Assembly (NCBI GenBank): GCA_965208325.1
Contig: OZ242326.1
Location: 3,296,001-3,360,000, forward strand
From: Candidatus Poribacteria bacterium
GTDB lineage: Bacteria > Poribacteria > WGA-4E > PCPOR2b
Length of the DNA: 64,000 nt
Reading direction: 5' to 3'
Every line of letters starts with the position of its first letter. The stretch's first letter is position 1. The notes beneath the pieces were generated by a model that had not been told where the DNA came from, searched no databases, and saw only the letters and a list, made by a program, of their open reading frames with translations. This document shows, piece by piece, positions 18,760 to 27,523 of this stretch. The position numbers and the translations under genes were made by a program.

Positions 18760-21120
18760 TTAGTCAAACGTCAATCCCACCTCCGAGTCGTATGTGGCTT
18801 CAATTCGATGCGGTTCTTTCCGTTCCCTTGGAAGGATTCTATCGACACTTTTTAGGGCGTGATATCTCCTCCAGCTTATCGGGACTAACAGTTCTCCTGC
18901 GCGAATTGGCTCTTCTTCGCTCAGGGTTTTGTATTCATTATAGAGAGAAGCCGGTAGGACCTCAAGTCCATCAAACGCCCTGTAAAATGCCTCTTCAAGT
19001 CCCTCGTCGGCTGCAAAAGGACGCATTGGGCGTATGCACATTCTATCAAAGTTTGCGGCGGCGTTTTCGTATTTCTCCCGCCAGCGAATCTCGATCTCTC
19101 CGCTATAGATTTCATCTAACCAAGCGCCGATTGCGCCCTCATTAATTGGACGTTCGTTTTCGCGCTCAAGAATTGACAGGGTACGTTTCACCAATTCGGG
19201 ATCATAAATCTTTTGTCCATCGTGGGGTTGACGAAAGACGTGAACAGGCGCGAGGCCTTTCTGTAGTATACGGCGGTTGATACGACCAAAACGTTGTATT
19301 AGTGCCTCCAACGGTGCCGGTTCTGTGTAAATCGTATCCAAATCAATGTCCAGACTGACCTCGACCGCTTGTGTGGCAACGAGGACAATAGGTTGACGTT
19401 TCTCGCTCGTTGCTCCCGTCGCATCCCGAATGAGTTTTTCTTTTGCAGAGCGGTCTCGCATATTGAAACGACCATGTAAAAGTTCCGTTCGGATATTCAC
19501 CGCGTTCAACTGGTCACGAATCTGATTGTATGCCTCTTGTGCCTGATTAACAAGGTTGCACACGACCAACACCGATTTCCCTGCCTTCGCGTCATTAATC
19601 ACCTTTGTTAGATTGGAATCGTCTAATAACTCACCGTCGTGTAGTATGAGTTGATGGCGCTCGAATACTTGAAATAGATCGGGATTGGCTTCAATCGTAG
19701 TTGGCGAGTTTAGAGCTTTAGATAACCACTCTTGAATAAGCGTTGGGAAGGTCGCTGACATAACAAAGAAACGCGCATTGAAATTTACCCTAAGATATTC
19801 GATGGTCTTGAAGATCATCGCCAATCGCGTGACTTCGTAGGCGTGAATCTCGTCAAATATAAACGCCGCGTTATGATAATCGGTAAGCAACGCCTCGTAA
19901 CCCTTGAGGCGGTACATCCCTTTAAGCATTTGATACGGACTAAACACACGGACCGGCGGATAATTAAGCCGTGATAGATTGCGCGCCCATGTTGCGGTAC
20001 GAGCTGCTGTTTTTGTGCCATAACCTTTTTCTAACAGAAGACGGTAAAGCGCGAGGAGACTGCGTCCATGCTGTAAACCAACATATTCCTGTTTTGGAGA
20101 GTTTTTTTCTAAGCGACTTTGCATTGCGTTCATGCTGGCTTGATAGGGGAGTGTATAAAAAAGTCGTGGTAAGCTTCCAATAATTGATGACTGGTGTACG
20201 GCCCAGAACAGAGCGGCTTCAGTTTTCCCGCTACCGGTTGGTGCTACCAGTAGGGCTGAACCATCAACTTGTCCGGCTTGCGACTGATGTCTATGGAGGT
20301 TTTCTGGCAATAATTTATTCCTTGCTAAAATTGTGTCGATATCAAGTTGAACAGGCGGTGGTATTGGTCCAGTGTGTGCGGAGGCACTATGGTCCGCATT
20401 GATGATATAACCGCGAACGGTAATACCTAATACAACTGCATGGGTTACGTATCCATCTTCTAGATCTTCGTTGAACCTACAGTAATCTTCTAACCAGTAT
20501 TGGATTCTCTCAATACCGTGTTGTTGAACGGATTCGATTGCAATGTGCTGCGCTTGCAACGTTGGCATTGAGATGCCAAAACCACTTAATCCAAGTTCAT
20601 CCCGCCACGGGATACCGCATTTTGACAACCAACACCACAATCCACGCAAGATTGTCTCAGATAAAGAAATGTGTTGTGGATACGGGTATTTAGGAAAAAG
20701 ATAACTCTCTTGAATTTCCTTGAAATCTCGATGATGCGAGACAATACTGGCAACAAGCCACTGCTGCTCTTCCGTTGAAAGGTCGTCGGTCACCCAATCC
20801 ACAAATGCAAGCGAAAATACTTCGTGGCGATGTGACCATTTTTTCCCACCAGGACGCAGTTGGGTTTGAAAGCCTGGAACTGCCTTGCCAAAATCGTGAA
20901 GGAAGGCAGACCAGAAAAGGATGTGCCATAAGCGTGGCATATTGAGTTGGGTAGGAAGGTTAGGGCGTATTTGGATAAATTCTGCCAATCGTGATAACAC
21001 ATACCATGTGTGTTGAGCTAACGTTTCTGGATGACCGCCTTCACCCAATTCCGCGCTTTTTGCCCACACATTGTTTAACCAACCCGGATATGGGACGTTT
21101 TCAATTGAAGGTTGCATCAT
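18760..21120 (-). CDS. cas3: Cas3 HD nuclease-helicase
   Basis: HDFGK (HD), APTGSGKT, DEIH, SAT, QRFGRINR. Start trimmed to MMQPS (GGAGGT RBS; ATG at 21120 or 21117). Confidence 0.97.
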   Translation of the reverse strand: MMQPSIENVPYPGWLNNVWAKSAELGEGGHPETLAQHTWYVLSRLAEFIQIRPNLPTQLNMPRLWHILFWSAFLHDFGKAVPGFQTQLRPGGKKWSHRHEVFSLAFVDWVTDDLSTEEQQWLVASIVSHHRDFKEIQESYLFPKYPYPQHISLSETILRGLWCWLSKCGIPWRDELGLSGFGISMPTLQAQHIAIESVQQHGIERIQYWLEDYCRFNEDLEDGYVTHAVVLGITVRGYIINADHSASAHTGPIPPPVQLDIDTILARNKLLPENLHRHQSQAGQVDGSALLVAPTGSGKTEAALFWAVHQSSIIGSLPRLFYTLPYQASMNAMQSRLEKNSPKQEYVGLQHGRSLLALYRLLLEKGYGTKTAARTATWARNLSRLNYPPVRVFSPYQMLKGMYRLKGYEALLTDYHNAAFIFDEIHAYEVTRLAMIFKTIEYLRVNFNARFFVMSATFPTLIQEWLSKALNSPTTIEANPDLFQVFERHQLILHDGELLDDSNLTKVINDAKAGKSVLVVCNLVNQAQEAYNQIRDQLNAVNIRTELLHGRFNMRDRSAKEKLIRDATGATSEKRQPIVLVATQAVEVSLDIDLDTIYTEPAPLEALIQRFGRINRRILQKGLAPVHVFRQPHDGQKIYDPELVKRTLSILERENERPINEGAIGAWLDEIYSGEIEIRWREKYENAAANFDRMCIRPMRPFAADEGLEEAFYRAFDGLEVLPASLYNEYKTLSEEEPIRAGELLVPISWRRYHALKSVDRILPRERKEPHRIEATYDSEVGLTFD

Positions 21121-21826
21121 TACCTCCCACAAAGCTATGAAAAGCCAATCCGAGATAGTTGCCTTGATATTCAGGTGTTGATGGGTCGATCCAATATTTG
21201 CCCTTCTCATTTGAAAGGGAAACTCGGTCGGTGAGTACCGTGTACTGCGAAAAGGTTGGATGGCGGTTTTGACTGTAATCCAAATAGCGAGGCATAAGAA
21301 CTGATACACCGCGCCCAATTCGGGGTCCCATCTCATGCGGCATAATCGTGTGTTCAAAGTAGGCAGCCTCGTTCTGCTGCAATTCAACAACGTTGATTGC
21401 TGTGTAGGTGAACAGGTCTTGCGATCTGCCCAACGTAACTGCATAGCGTGGACTTCGGAACGCCGCTTCCCACTCTGGGCGGTTGATATAGAGCGTGAGA
21501 CGAGGTTGAAAGAGCAATTCCCTTTCAAAGGGATTTACATTGCCCTCAAGTACATTTGGGATTTGAGTCCCCGGCAGCTTGCTACGACTGGAGTTAGGCG
21601 GTGCCAATACAATGATATGCTCAAGATCCCGGACATGTCCTTGATGGGTGAAATGGTAAGCAAATTGAACTCCATTTGAATCGAACCAATCCCCCAATGC
21701 GCTACAGATATGCCCATAAATGGTTGCGGGTGGCGGCATCTGAAAGCTGGGGTGAATTTGTAGCATAAAGTGAGGATAGCGGAAGGAAGTGGTAAGTCCT
21801 TCCGCAACGATTTTGAGGACTTTCAT
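21101..21826 (-). CDS. cas5: Cas5, type I-B
   Basis: TSFRYP, PPPATIYG, LGRSQDL. Start MKVLK with GGAGGT RBS. Confidence 0.93.
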   Translation of the reverse strand: MKVLKIVAEGLTTSFRYPHFMLQIHPSFQMPPPATIYGHICSALGDWFDSNGVQFAYHFTHQGHVRDLEHIIVLAPPNSSRSKLPGTQIPNVLEGNVNPFERELLFQPRLTLYINRPEWEAAFRSPRYAVTLGRSQDLFTYTAINVVELQQNEAAYFEHTIMPHEMGPRIGRGVSVLMPRYLDYSQNRHPTFSQYTVLTDRVSLSNEKGKYWIDPSTPEYQGNYLGLAFHSFVGGNDATFN

Positions 21827-21850
21827 AGAGACCTCCCAAATCAAAGATGA

Positions 21851-21882
21851 GAAACCGAGTTTTGAAGAAAAAACTCGGTTTC
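21851..21882. repeat. REP-like palindrome (family A) between cas7 and cas5
   Basis: GAAACCGAGTTTTGAAGAAAAAACTCGGTTTC. Confidence 0.9.
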
Positions 21883-21892
21883 TTCTCCGTTG

Positions 21893-22999
21893 TCAATCCA
21901 ACCAATTGGCATTTTCCGATTTTTGCAAATCTTCGATTAAAGCCTTAAAGGCGTCTCGTGGATGATTCACTCTAATGTTTGCCTCACAATTTGCCAAACG
22001 GGAGGAATCACTTAATGCTTTCTCAAATTTATCTCGTTCATCGTCGAGATAACCCTTGGTCCAACCGACATAAACATCCGAGAGAATATCATCCTTGAAG
22101 ACCTCCAGTGCTTCAGCAAGCGCGCCATCCTTCAGTTCCGGTCCATCCCGTCGGTTTGGGCCAATGACGTGACCGAAAATGTGATTGCCACCTTTGGTCA
22201 CAGCTAGAATTGTCAGTGCCGGACTCACATCTGTATAATGCAGCGACTGCTTTGCGCCCCCTTCGAGGTGGGCTAGTCCGTCCAAAAGCGTGCTGATGCG
22301 CTGAACGCGCGCCTCGTATGGAAGTCGATAAGATTTTTCAACGTCTAGGTGCTCAAGGTTCTGAGCTTTCGCTAATTCTGTCCTCACGTTGTCAAGGTTT
22401 CGATAACCCGTTTTGTTCCGGTAGGAGAATGTCCCTGCCGCGTGTAAATCAAGTGAAAAGAGTCCTTTGAGAGTTGCGCGGTAGAATTGACTGCTGTATG
22501 GTACAGTATCTCCTTCTATGCGACTCATTGATTCCCAGTCTTCCACAATCCTAACAGGTGCGACAGACACTAGAGTGCTGACTCGGAACGGAGATACTCG
22601 AGTAATTCCCTGTTCTTTTTTCTCCTTGATGTCAAGTGGTGTTAGTTCTTGGTATTCCGGATCTTCTTGTCGTGCCTTTTGAGCTGTTGCATCATTTTTG
22701 GGGGCTCGCATGTAGCCAAAAAGATCGTCATCCCACCACTCAATTGGGTTGGCATCAGTATAAGCGATCTTCCCTTCACGATAAATGGGTGCCTCTTTCC
22801 ACTCAGAATCCATTTTTTCGAGCGTTGTGCGGTGCCAATAGCGGAATGCCTGTGCAGAGACATAAGGAAATACCTTTCCACCTGAACTAATGGCTTTTAC
22901 CGCGACCTTGTTATCGTATAATTCGTCTGGTATGTTGCCCTTGTTGTTAAGTGCTGAAGCAGGAGCATCAATTAGTAACAGACCAGTTATGAAAGACAT
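21893..22999 (-). CDS. cas7: Cas7 (Cst2/DevR type), type I-B
   Basis: DAPASALNN, PYVSAQAFRYW, DDDLFGYMRA, TRVSP, LEGGAKQSLHYTDVSP. Confidence 0.93.
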   Translation of the reverse strand: MSFITGLLLIDAPASALNNKGNIPDELYDNKVAVKAISSGGKVFPYVSAQAFRYWHRTTLEKMDSEWKEAPIYREGKIAYTDANPIEWWDDDLFGYMRAPKNDATAQKARQEDPEYQELTPLDIKEKKEQGITRVSPFRVSTLVSVAPVRIVEDWESMSRIEGDTVPYSSQFYRATLKGLFSLDLHAAGTFSYRNKTGYRNLDNVRTELAKAQNLEHLDVEKSYRLPYEARVQRISTLLDGLAHLEGGAKQSLHYTDVSPALTILAVTKGGNHIFGHVIGPNRRDGPELKDGALAEALEVFKDDILSDVYVGWTKGYLDDERDKFEKALSDSSRLANCEANIRVNHPRDAFKALIEDLQKSENANWLD

Positions 23000-23035
23000 A
23001 AACTAACCTCCTTAGATTTGTGTGAGATTGGCCTT

Positions 23036-23401
23036 TCACTCTGATTGACCATCTTCTTCTTCAATATCGATCTCTATATCTACATCGGCATTCTTATCAA
23101 ACCAACCTAGTTTGTGTAACCGTTCAATCATTCGCAGGAATACTAAATCACGTGTGAGTCGCCAATTCAGGTGGGAATCATTCTCGGCGTGTTCAAAAAC
23201 CTCAATGTAAGGATCGAACTCAATAATTGGAGAATTACCGCTCTTTATTTGGCGATAGTTTGCTCGAAGTAGAGCCGTACGAAATACACCGTAATTTATG
23301 TGCCGAAAATTCGTAAACAGATGATGATCGTCTTGCTTACTGATGTGTTCAGCCAAGCGATCTCCCATCTTACGAATTTCCTCAATCCGTCCTTCTTCCA
23401 T
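23036..23401 (-). CDS. cas11: Putative internally translated Cas11 small subunit (121 aa) nested in cas8
   Basis: In-frame ATG at 23401 (MEEGRIEEIRKMGD) preceded by GGGAGGT with 7-nt spacing. Confidence 0.65.
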   Translation of the reverse strand: MEEGRIEEIRKMGDRLAEHISKQDDHHLFTNFRHINYGVFRTALLRANYRQIKSGNSPIIEFDPYIEVFEHAENDSHLNWRLTRDLVFLRMIERLHKLGWFDKNADVDIEIDIEEEDGQSE

Positions 23402-24535
23402 ATTAAATACCTCCCTTAAAAAAGATGAAGTGATGTTCCATGAAACCAAATCCATCTCATGTGTTAATCCGTAGTCCCCCCGTGGATCACCTTTTTCGGC
23501 GCGGGCGTAACGGAACGGACGACGCAAAAAGTAGGTGCGTAAAAATCTCTTTGCTCTATCTGGTCGCAGAAACAATCCATCATATAGTCTCAGGATTTCT
23601 TCATAAAGCCAATTGCGATGCGAATGGAATGGTTTATCCTCCTTTTTCTTTCGTTTCTTCTGCGGTTCAGTTTCCCACGCCCGATTGACAATTTGGCTCC
23701 ATTGTGTACGGTAAACTGGGCTCTCCATTTCGCGCAGAAATCCGATAATTTGGAGCGGTAGGTGATAGATATCCAAACCGACCCCCTGCCCGCTGTTCGT
23801 TAGATGATATGCCGTGATTGAGAAGTGCTCCTCATCATGAGATTTCTTCCGTTGTCTAATATCTGCCCGACAAAGCGTGTTGATTAGCAGTGTACCGCGA
23901 GAGTGATGGGGTTCGTCCATTTTCTTGCTGCCCGCTTCTTGGGCAAGGGTAATGGCTCTCAGGTTTCCTTCTAGAAATGTCCGGGCAAAATGCAGCATAA
24001 GGCTCGGGTTGTCCGAATGCACCGCAAGCAATCGCCCACCAGACTTTGCACAACCAAGCGGAAACGCTTGAATAGCAAGCAGTGCTTCGCCTGAAACAGG
24101 CAAGCCAGCATCACCATAGGTGTGGAAATTGATAACATTCTCGCCGGTAAGCAATGGAATGTGTTGCCGAAAAGCACGTCCTTGTGGAAGATTCTCTTTC
24201 TCTCCAAACGCTACATCAACAGCAGGTTTGCCTGTGAAAACACACACTTCATCATCAAGTAACGGCGTATCAGCCCTGTAGTTGCGAAGCACACGCTCCG
24301 CATACCTCTTCCGTTTTTCTGGCCTCCTAATGTATGCTGGCTGCGTAAAGCCTGAGTTTGGAAAAGCAACTGTTAAAAACGACTTGAGCGGATCTTGGAC
24401 ATACTCAAGAGCGATATAGTCCGCAACATCGTCTAGATCTGCTTCGGTTAGTTCTTCAGGTCTTCGCTTGTGGGCAAAGGCGGTAATTGTCGCAATTCCC
24501 ACATCAACAAGTGGATGCCCTGTGTATTTGAGCAT
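23036..24535 (-). CDS. cas8b: Cas8b1/Cst1 large subunit
   Basis: YTGHPLVDVG, FPNS, RQHIPLL.G...NF, C-terminal W.L.RDL; lies between cas6 and cas7. Confidence 0.88.
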   Translation of the reverse strand: MLKYTGHPLVDVGIATITAFAHKRRPEELTEADLDDVADYIALEYVQDPLKSFLTVAFPNSGFTQPAYIRRPEKRKRYAERVLRNYRADTPLLDDEVCVFTGKPAVDVAFGEKENLPQGRAFRQHIPLLTGENVINFHTYGDAGLPVSGEALLAIQAFPLGCAKSGGRLLAVHSDNPSLMLHFARTFLEGNLRAITLAQEAGSKKMDEPHHSRGTLLINTLCRADIRQRKKSHDEEHFSITAYHLTNSGQGVGLDIYHLPLQIIGFLREMESPVYRTQWSQIVNRAWETEPQKKRKKKEDKPFHSHRNWLYEEILRLYDGLFLRPDRAKRFLRTYFLRRPFRYARAEKGDPRGDYGLTHEMDLVSWNITSSFLREVFNMEEGRIEEIRKMGDRLAEHISKQDDHHLFTNFRHINYGVFRTALLRANYRQIKSGNSPIIEFDPYIEVFEHAENDSHLNWRLTRDLVFLRMIERLHKLGWFDKNADVDIEIDIEEEDGQSE

Positions 24536-24536
24536 T

Positions 24537-25511
24537 CTATTTTATCCTCCCTTCTTTAGCAACGGAGTTTCTGTGGTGGATCTCATACTTCCCCAACCCA
24601 AACGTCGCATTTTTGCCGACATGCAGAAATTTGCCCAACGCTACAAACGGCAGGAATGCCTCTAAATCGCCAGTGTAGGTTACATTGCCGACTAAACCGC
24701 CGAGTTGCATCTTCTGATTCTGGCGTGAGGAGTAGCGCGTCCAGTCCTTCCATCGTAAACTGCTGTCAACGGTCTCGACCGTCTCTGCCTGTGCGATGAG
24801 TCCTTTAAAGTCGAGCTCCAGTGATTCGCCGCAGTGGAAATATGCCAACGCGGAGATGCGGCCAATCAGGCGCCGCCAGAAGAGGTGGAAAGGGAGTTTA
24901 TCGGTCAACTGTCCACCGTGCGTGATGCGCGTGGGGTTGAGCAAGTGGAAGGTCAACCGGTCGTTCGGTAGGGATGCGGTGTTGTCCCGAATCTCGCCAA
25001 AACTGAGTGTGTTATTTCGATTGTGGACCATCTGGGTTTCGCTGTCGTAGATACATTCACCGTCATCGCTCAGGACTCGGGTCAACTGGAAACGTCCGCG
25101 TCCCTTGCCGATTCCGATCTCGCCCAGCTCGCGGAAGCTGGCGATGAAATAGGGGAGGTAGTCAATGGCACGGCCGATGAGCGTGAGTTGGAACGAGAAC
25201 GATTCGCCTACCCGGTATTCGCCGCGTGTATCCAACGGATCAATGACAAACGGTCTCGGCACGTCGCCATAAGTTCGCAACTGCTGCGCCCCTTCAAACG
25301 GCGCCGTCTCAAAGATGTACGGGTATGGGCAGGCGACCTTTAGTACACAATCTCGGCAGTCGATCGGTCCTTGGGTGCAAACCATTTTTCGGAATGCATG
25401 ACCGAATCCGCCGCGGAGCGTCGAGCCAGCGTAGGGCGGCATCACAATGGGTGATCGTACGGTTAGAATTACACGGTATCGCGCGAGTCTGAAATTTTGA
25501 AGTAGATTCAT
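24537..25511 (-). CDS. cas6: Cas6 crRNA endoribonuclease (Cys-cluster type)
   Basis: GSTLRGGFG, C.....C..C.....C cluster, VPRPFVI, C-terminal G-loop HVGKNATFGLG. Confidence 0.93.
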   Translation of the reverse strand: MNLLQNFRLARYRVILTVRSPIVMPPYAGSTLRGGFGHAFRKMVCTQGPIDCRDCVLKVACPYPYIFETAPFEGAQQLRTYGDVPRPFVIDPLDTRGEYRVGESFSFQLTLIGRAIDYLPYFIASFRELGEIGIGKGRGRFQLTRVLSDDGECIYDSETQMVHNRNNTLSFGEIRDNTASLPNDRLTFHLLNPTRITHGGQLTDKLPFHLFWRRLIGRISALAYFHCGESLELDFKGLIAQAETVETVDSSLRWKDWTRYSSRQNQKMQLGGLVGNVTYTGDLEAFLPFVALGKFLHVGKNATFGLGKYEIHHRNSVAKEGRIK

Positions 25512-25532
25512 TGGTGAGCTCCAGATTTTTTT

Positions 25533-25549
25533 GTCCGCTTTTCATCGCG
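25533..25549 (-). promoter_or_regulatory. CRISPR-repeat core (17/17 nt) in the cas6 5' UTR
   Basis: GTCCGCTTTTCATCGCG equals plus-strand repeat positions 7-23, in the same orientation as the array, 21 nt from the cas6 ATG. Confidence 0.7.
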
Positions 25550-25581
25550 TGATTGGGTAGGTCTTTGAAACCGGAATCTCA

Positions 25582-25717
25582 GAAACCAAGTTTTGAAGAA
25601 AAAACTTGGTTTAAAGCTAAGTCGAGTTTTGAAGAAAAAAACTCGGTTTCAATGGCTGAAGCAACGGAGTTTTGAAGAAAAAACTTGGTTTCAAGATAGA
25701 AGAAAAAACTCGGTTTT
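25582..25717. repeat. Tandem cluster of 3 full and 1 half family A REP palindromes downstream of the RAYT
   Basis: Copies at ~25582, 25619, 25661 and 25699. The first shows a compensatory CCAAG/CTTGG change. Confidence 0.85.
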
Positions 25718-25736
25718 GACTTGGCTTCGAGGGATT

Positions 25737-26303
25737 TTAATCGAACATCATATGCTCGATTAACTCTCTGTCGGTCTCGGAATATGCGAGGACAAATTTT
25801 GCATATGCTTGGCGCGAGGGAAACTGGGAAAGTACAATTTGAGGCTTGGCTAATGTGCCGTTGCGCAAACCAACGTAGTCCTTATAGCTTGAAAATGTCC
25901 AGTTCGCTGGGTTATCCGTTAACCCCGCGAACACCGGATTCAGGTGAATATAGCGCGAAAGATGCAGTAAATACTCGATTTTGTCGATTAACTTTGCCTT
26001 AAAGGCACCTTGAAAAATTGGTCCCACACGGCTCTGTTGCCGGTTCACCGCTTTGGTGTATGATACTGTGAATGGTTGCATGATTTTAGTGCTAAGGTTG
26101 TCATCGTTTAGGTAAACCAGAATGTGGTAATGATTCGGCATGAGACAATAAGCAACAATGTCAATCAATTCAGGGCGGCAGTAGCGGCGAAGGCGTTTTA
26201 TAAAATACTCCCAGTTTTCCTCGTTGAAGAAAATCGGTTCACGATTTACGCCGCGGTTGTATAGGTGGTAATAGTGTCCGGCTTTGAATTGTAGGTTGCG
26301 CAT
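25737..26303 (-). CDS. REP-associated tyrosine (Y1/HUH, IS200-like) transposase, RAYT
   Basis: YYHLYNRGVNREPIF, AYCLMPNHYH (HUH), GPIFQGAFK, SRYIHLNPV (catalytic Tyr), WTFSSY; flanked on both sides by family A palindromes. Confidence 0.9.
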   Translation of the reverse strand: MRNLQFKAGHYYHLYNRGVNREPIFFNEENWEYFIKRLRRYCRPELIDIVAYCLMPNHYHILVYLNDDNLSTKIMQPFTVSYTKAVNRQQSRVGPIFQGAFKAKLIDKIEYLLHLSRYIHLNPVFAGLTDNPANWTFSSYKDYVGLRNGTLAKPQIVLSQFPSRQAYAKFVLAYSETDRELIEHMMFD

Positions 26304-26317
26304 TTGTAGTTTTTTAA

Positions 26318-26348
26318 GAAACCGAGTTTTGAAGAAAAAACTCGGTTT
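26318..26348. repeat. REP-like palindrome (family A) upstream of the RAYT
   Basis: GAAACCGAGTTTTGAAGAAAAAACTCGGTTT. Confidence 0.9.
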
Positions 26349-26388
26349 ATAAGGATTATATCATGCCAGAGTGCAATATATTCGCACT

Positions 26389-27360
26389 TTACTTTTTGGC
26401 GTAAATTTTTTTCATTTTTTCGGCTTCGTCGTGGATTTCACGGCGGAGGCTTTCGGGTTCGAGGACTTCCGCATGCGATCCGTAGCCCATGACCCAGCGT
26501 TTTACTTCGCCTATCCCACCGACTCTCAGTCGCAGTATCAGTTCGCCCGACGGTAATTCCTCAATTTGTTGGCTGGAATGCCATTGACGTTCTCTTATCC
26601 AGCGCGCCTGATATTCGTCAAATCTGACCGCGACATCAGTTAGCGATGGGGAGCGTTCGGCGAGAAACCCACTGGCTAAGTATGCATCTAACGAAAAGCC
26701 GGGATTGACTTTGAACGTCGAGGTTAGGGGTTTATGCGCATTGATGCGGCTGGCGAGAAAGTCGCGAGGTTCACGCCGCATGTGGCAGTAGGCGATAAGA
26801 TACCAATCGCCGCGGATGTTATGGAGGTGATACGGGTCGACGGTACGCGTGCTCGTTTTGCCGCTGCTCGCAGAAAAGTATTCCATTTCAACCGAACGCT
26901 TTGTGCGGATGGCTTCATTGAAATCTATGAGCAGTTCCGGTTTGACCTTTGCAGTGCTGCCGCCTGAGAATGTAAACGCAGAAGTTTCTTTTTGTGCGTC
27001 GTAGCTTACGTGCGCCGGCAGATGTTGTTTAATCTTATCGAGTGCGAGTTTTAGAGGGGTTTCAAAGGGCGTGCCTAGATAACGCTTGAATAGTTCTTCA
27101 CCTAGGAATAGCGCTGTAATTTCTTCACGTGTCAGCATTATTGCGGGAAGGGAATAGGTGGGATCCGTGTAGTACCAGCCGTTATTGGATGCGTCGCGTT
27201 TGATTGGCGCGCCAAGGCGATTTATCATAAATTTTCTATCTTCGTAGGCGATTCGGGTGCTGCGGAGTTCGAAGCGTTCCTTGACGGTGTGGGCGTTTGG
27301 ATACTTGTTTGCGCGGATTTGCTCGTCTATCCAGTAAATTCTTTCCAGCTTTGTGGACAT
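26389..27360 (-). CDS. HTH-WYL-WCX transcriptional regulator
   Basis: N-terminal HTH, RTVDPYHL...WYLIAYCHMR...RDF..SRI, C-terminal WVMGYGSHAEVLEP.SLR. Confidence 0.93.
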   Translation of the reverse strand: MSTKLERIYWIDEQIRANKYPNAHTVKERFELRSTRIAYEDRKFMINRLGAPIKRDASNNGWYYTDPTYSLPAIMLTREEITALFLGEELFKRYLGTPFETPLKLALDKIKQHLPAHVSYDAQKETSAFTFSGGSTAKVKPELLIDFNEAIRTKRSVEMEYFSASSGKTSTRTVDPYHLHNIRGDWYLIAYCHMRREPRDFLASRINAHKPLTSTFKVNPGFSLDAYLASGFLAERSPSLTDVAVRFDEYQARWIRERQWHSSQQIEELPSGELILRLRVGGIGEVKRWVMGYGSHAEVLEPESLRREIHDEAEKMKKIYAKK

Positions 27361-27383
27361 ACGGCGTTGTCTCCTTTCAGAAT

Positions 27384-27410
27384 AAGGTATTCGGTTGAAT
27401 ATTATACCTT
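27384..27410 (-). promoter_or_regulatory. -10 box (TATAAT) overlapped by an inverted repeat; candidate WYL operator
   Basis: AAGGTAT-N13-ATACCTT; minus-strand TATAAT at 27406-27401. Confidence 0.45.
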
Positions 27411-27432
27411 GCGCGTTGGGTATTGGGAGGCA

Positions 27433-27523
27433 AAATGAGTAAAAAGTAAAAAGTAATGAGTAATGCGTAATGAGTGATGAGTAATAGGTAATGAGTAATG
27501 AGTAATAGGTAATACGTAATGAG
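27433..27523. repeat. Degenerate heptamer tandem repeat (TAATGAG family), ~13 units
   Basis: TAAAAAG, TAATGAG, TAATGCG, TAATAGG and TAATACG units read directly. Confidence 0.9.

Noticed and set aside
21121..21528. Long N-terminal extensions in the ORF track (cas3; likewise cas4, the protease, truB, the dehydrogenase and PSD1)
   Set aside because: They overlap upstream genes or lack homology-like sequence; most have RBS-supported downstream starts that fit better.
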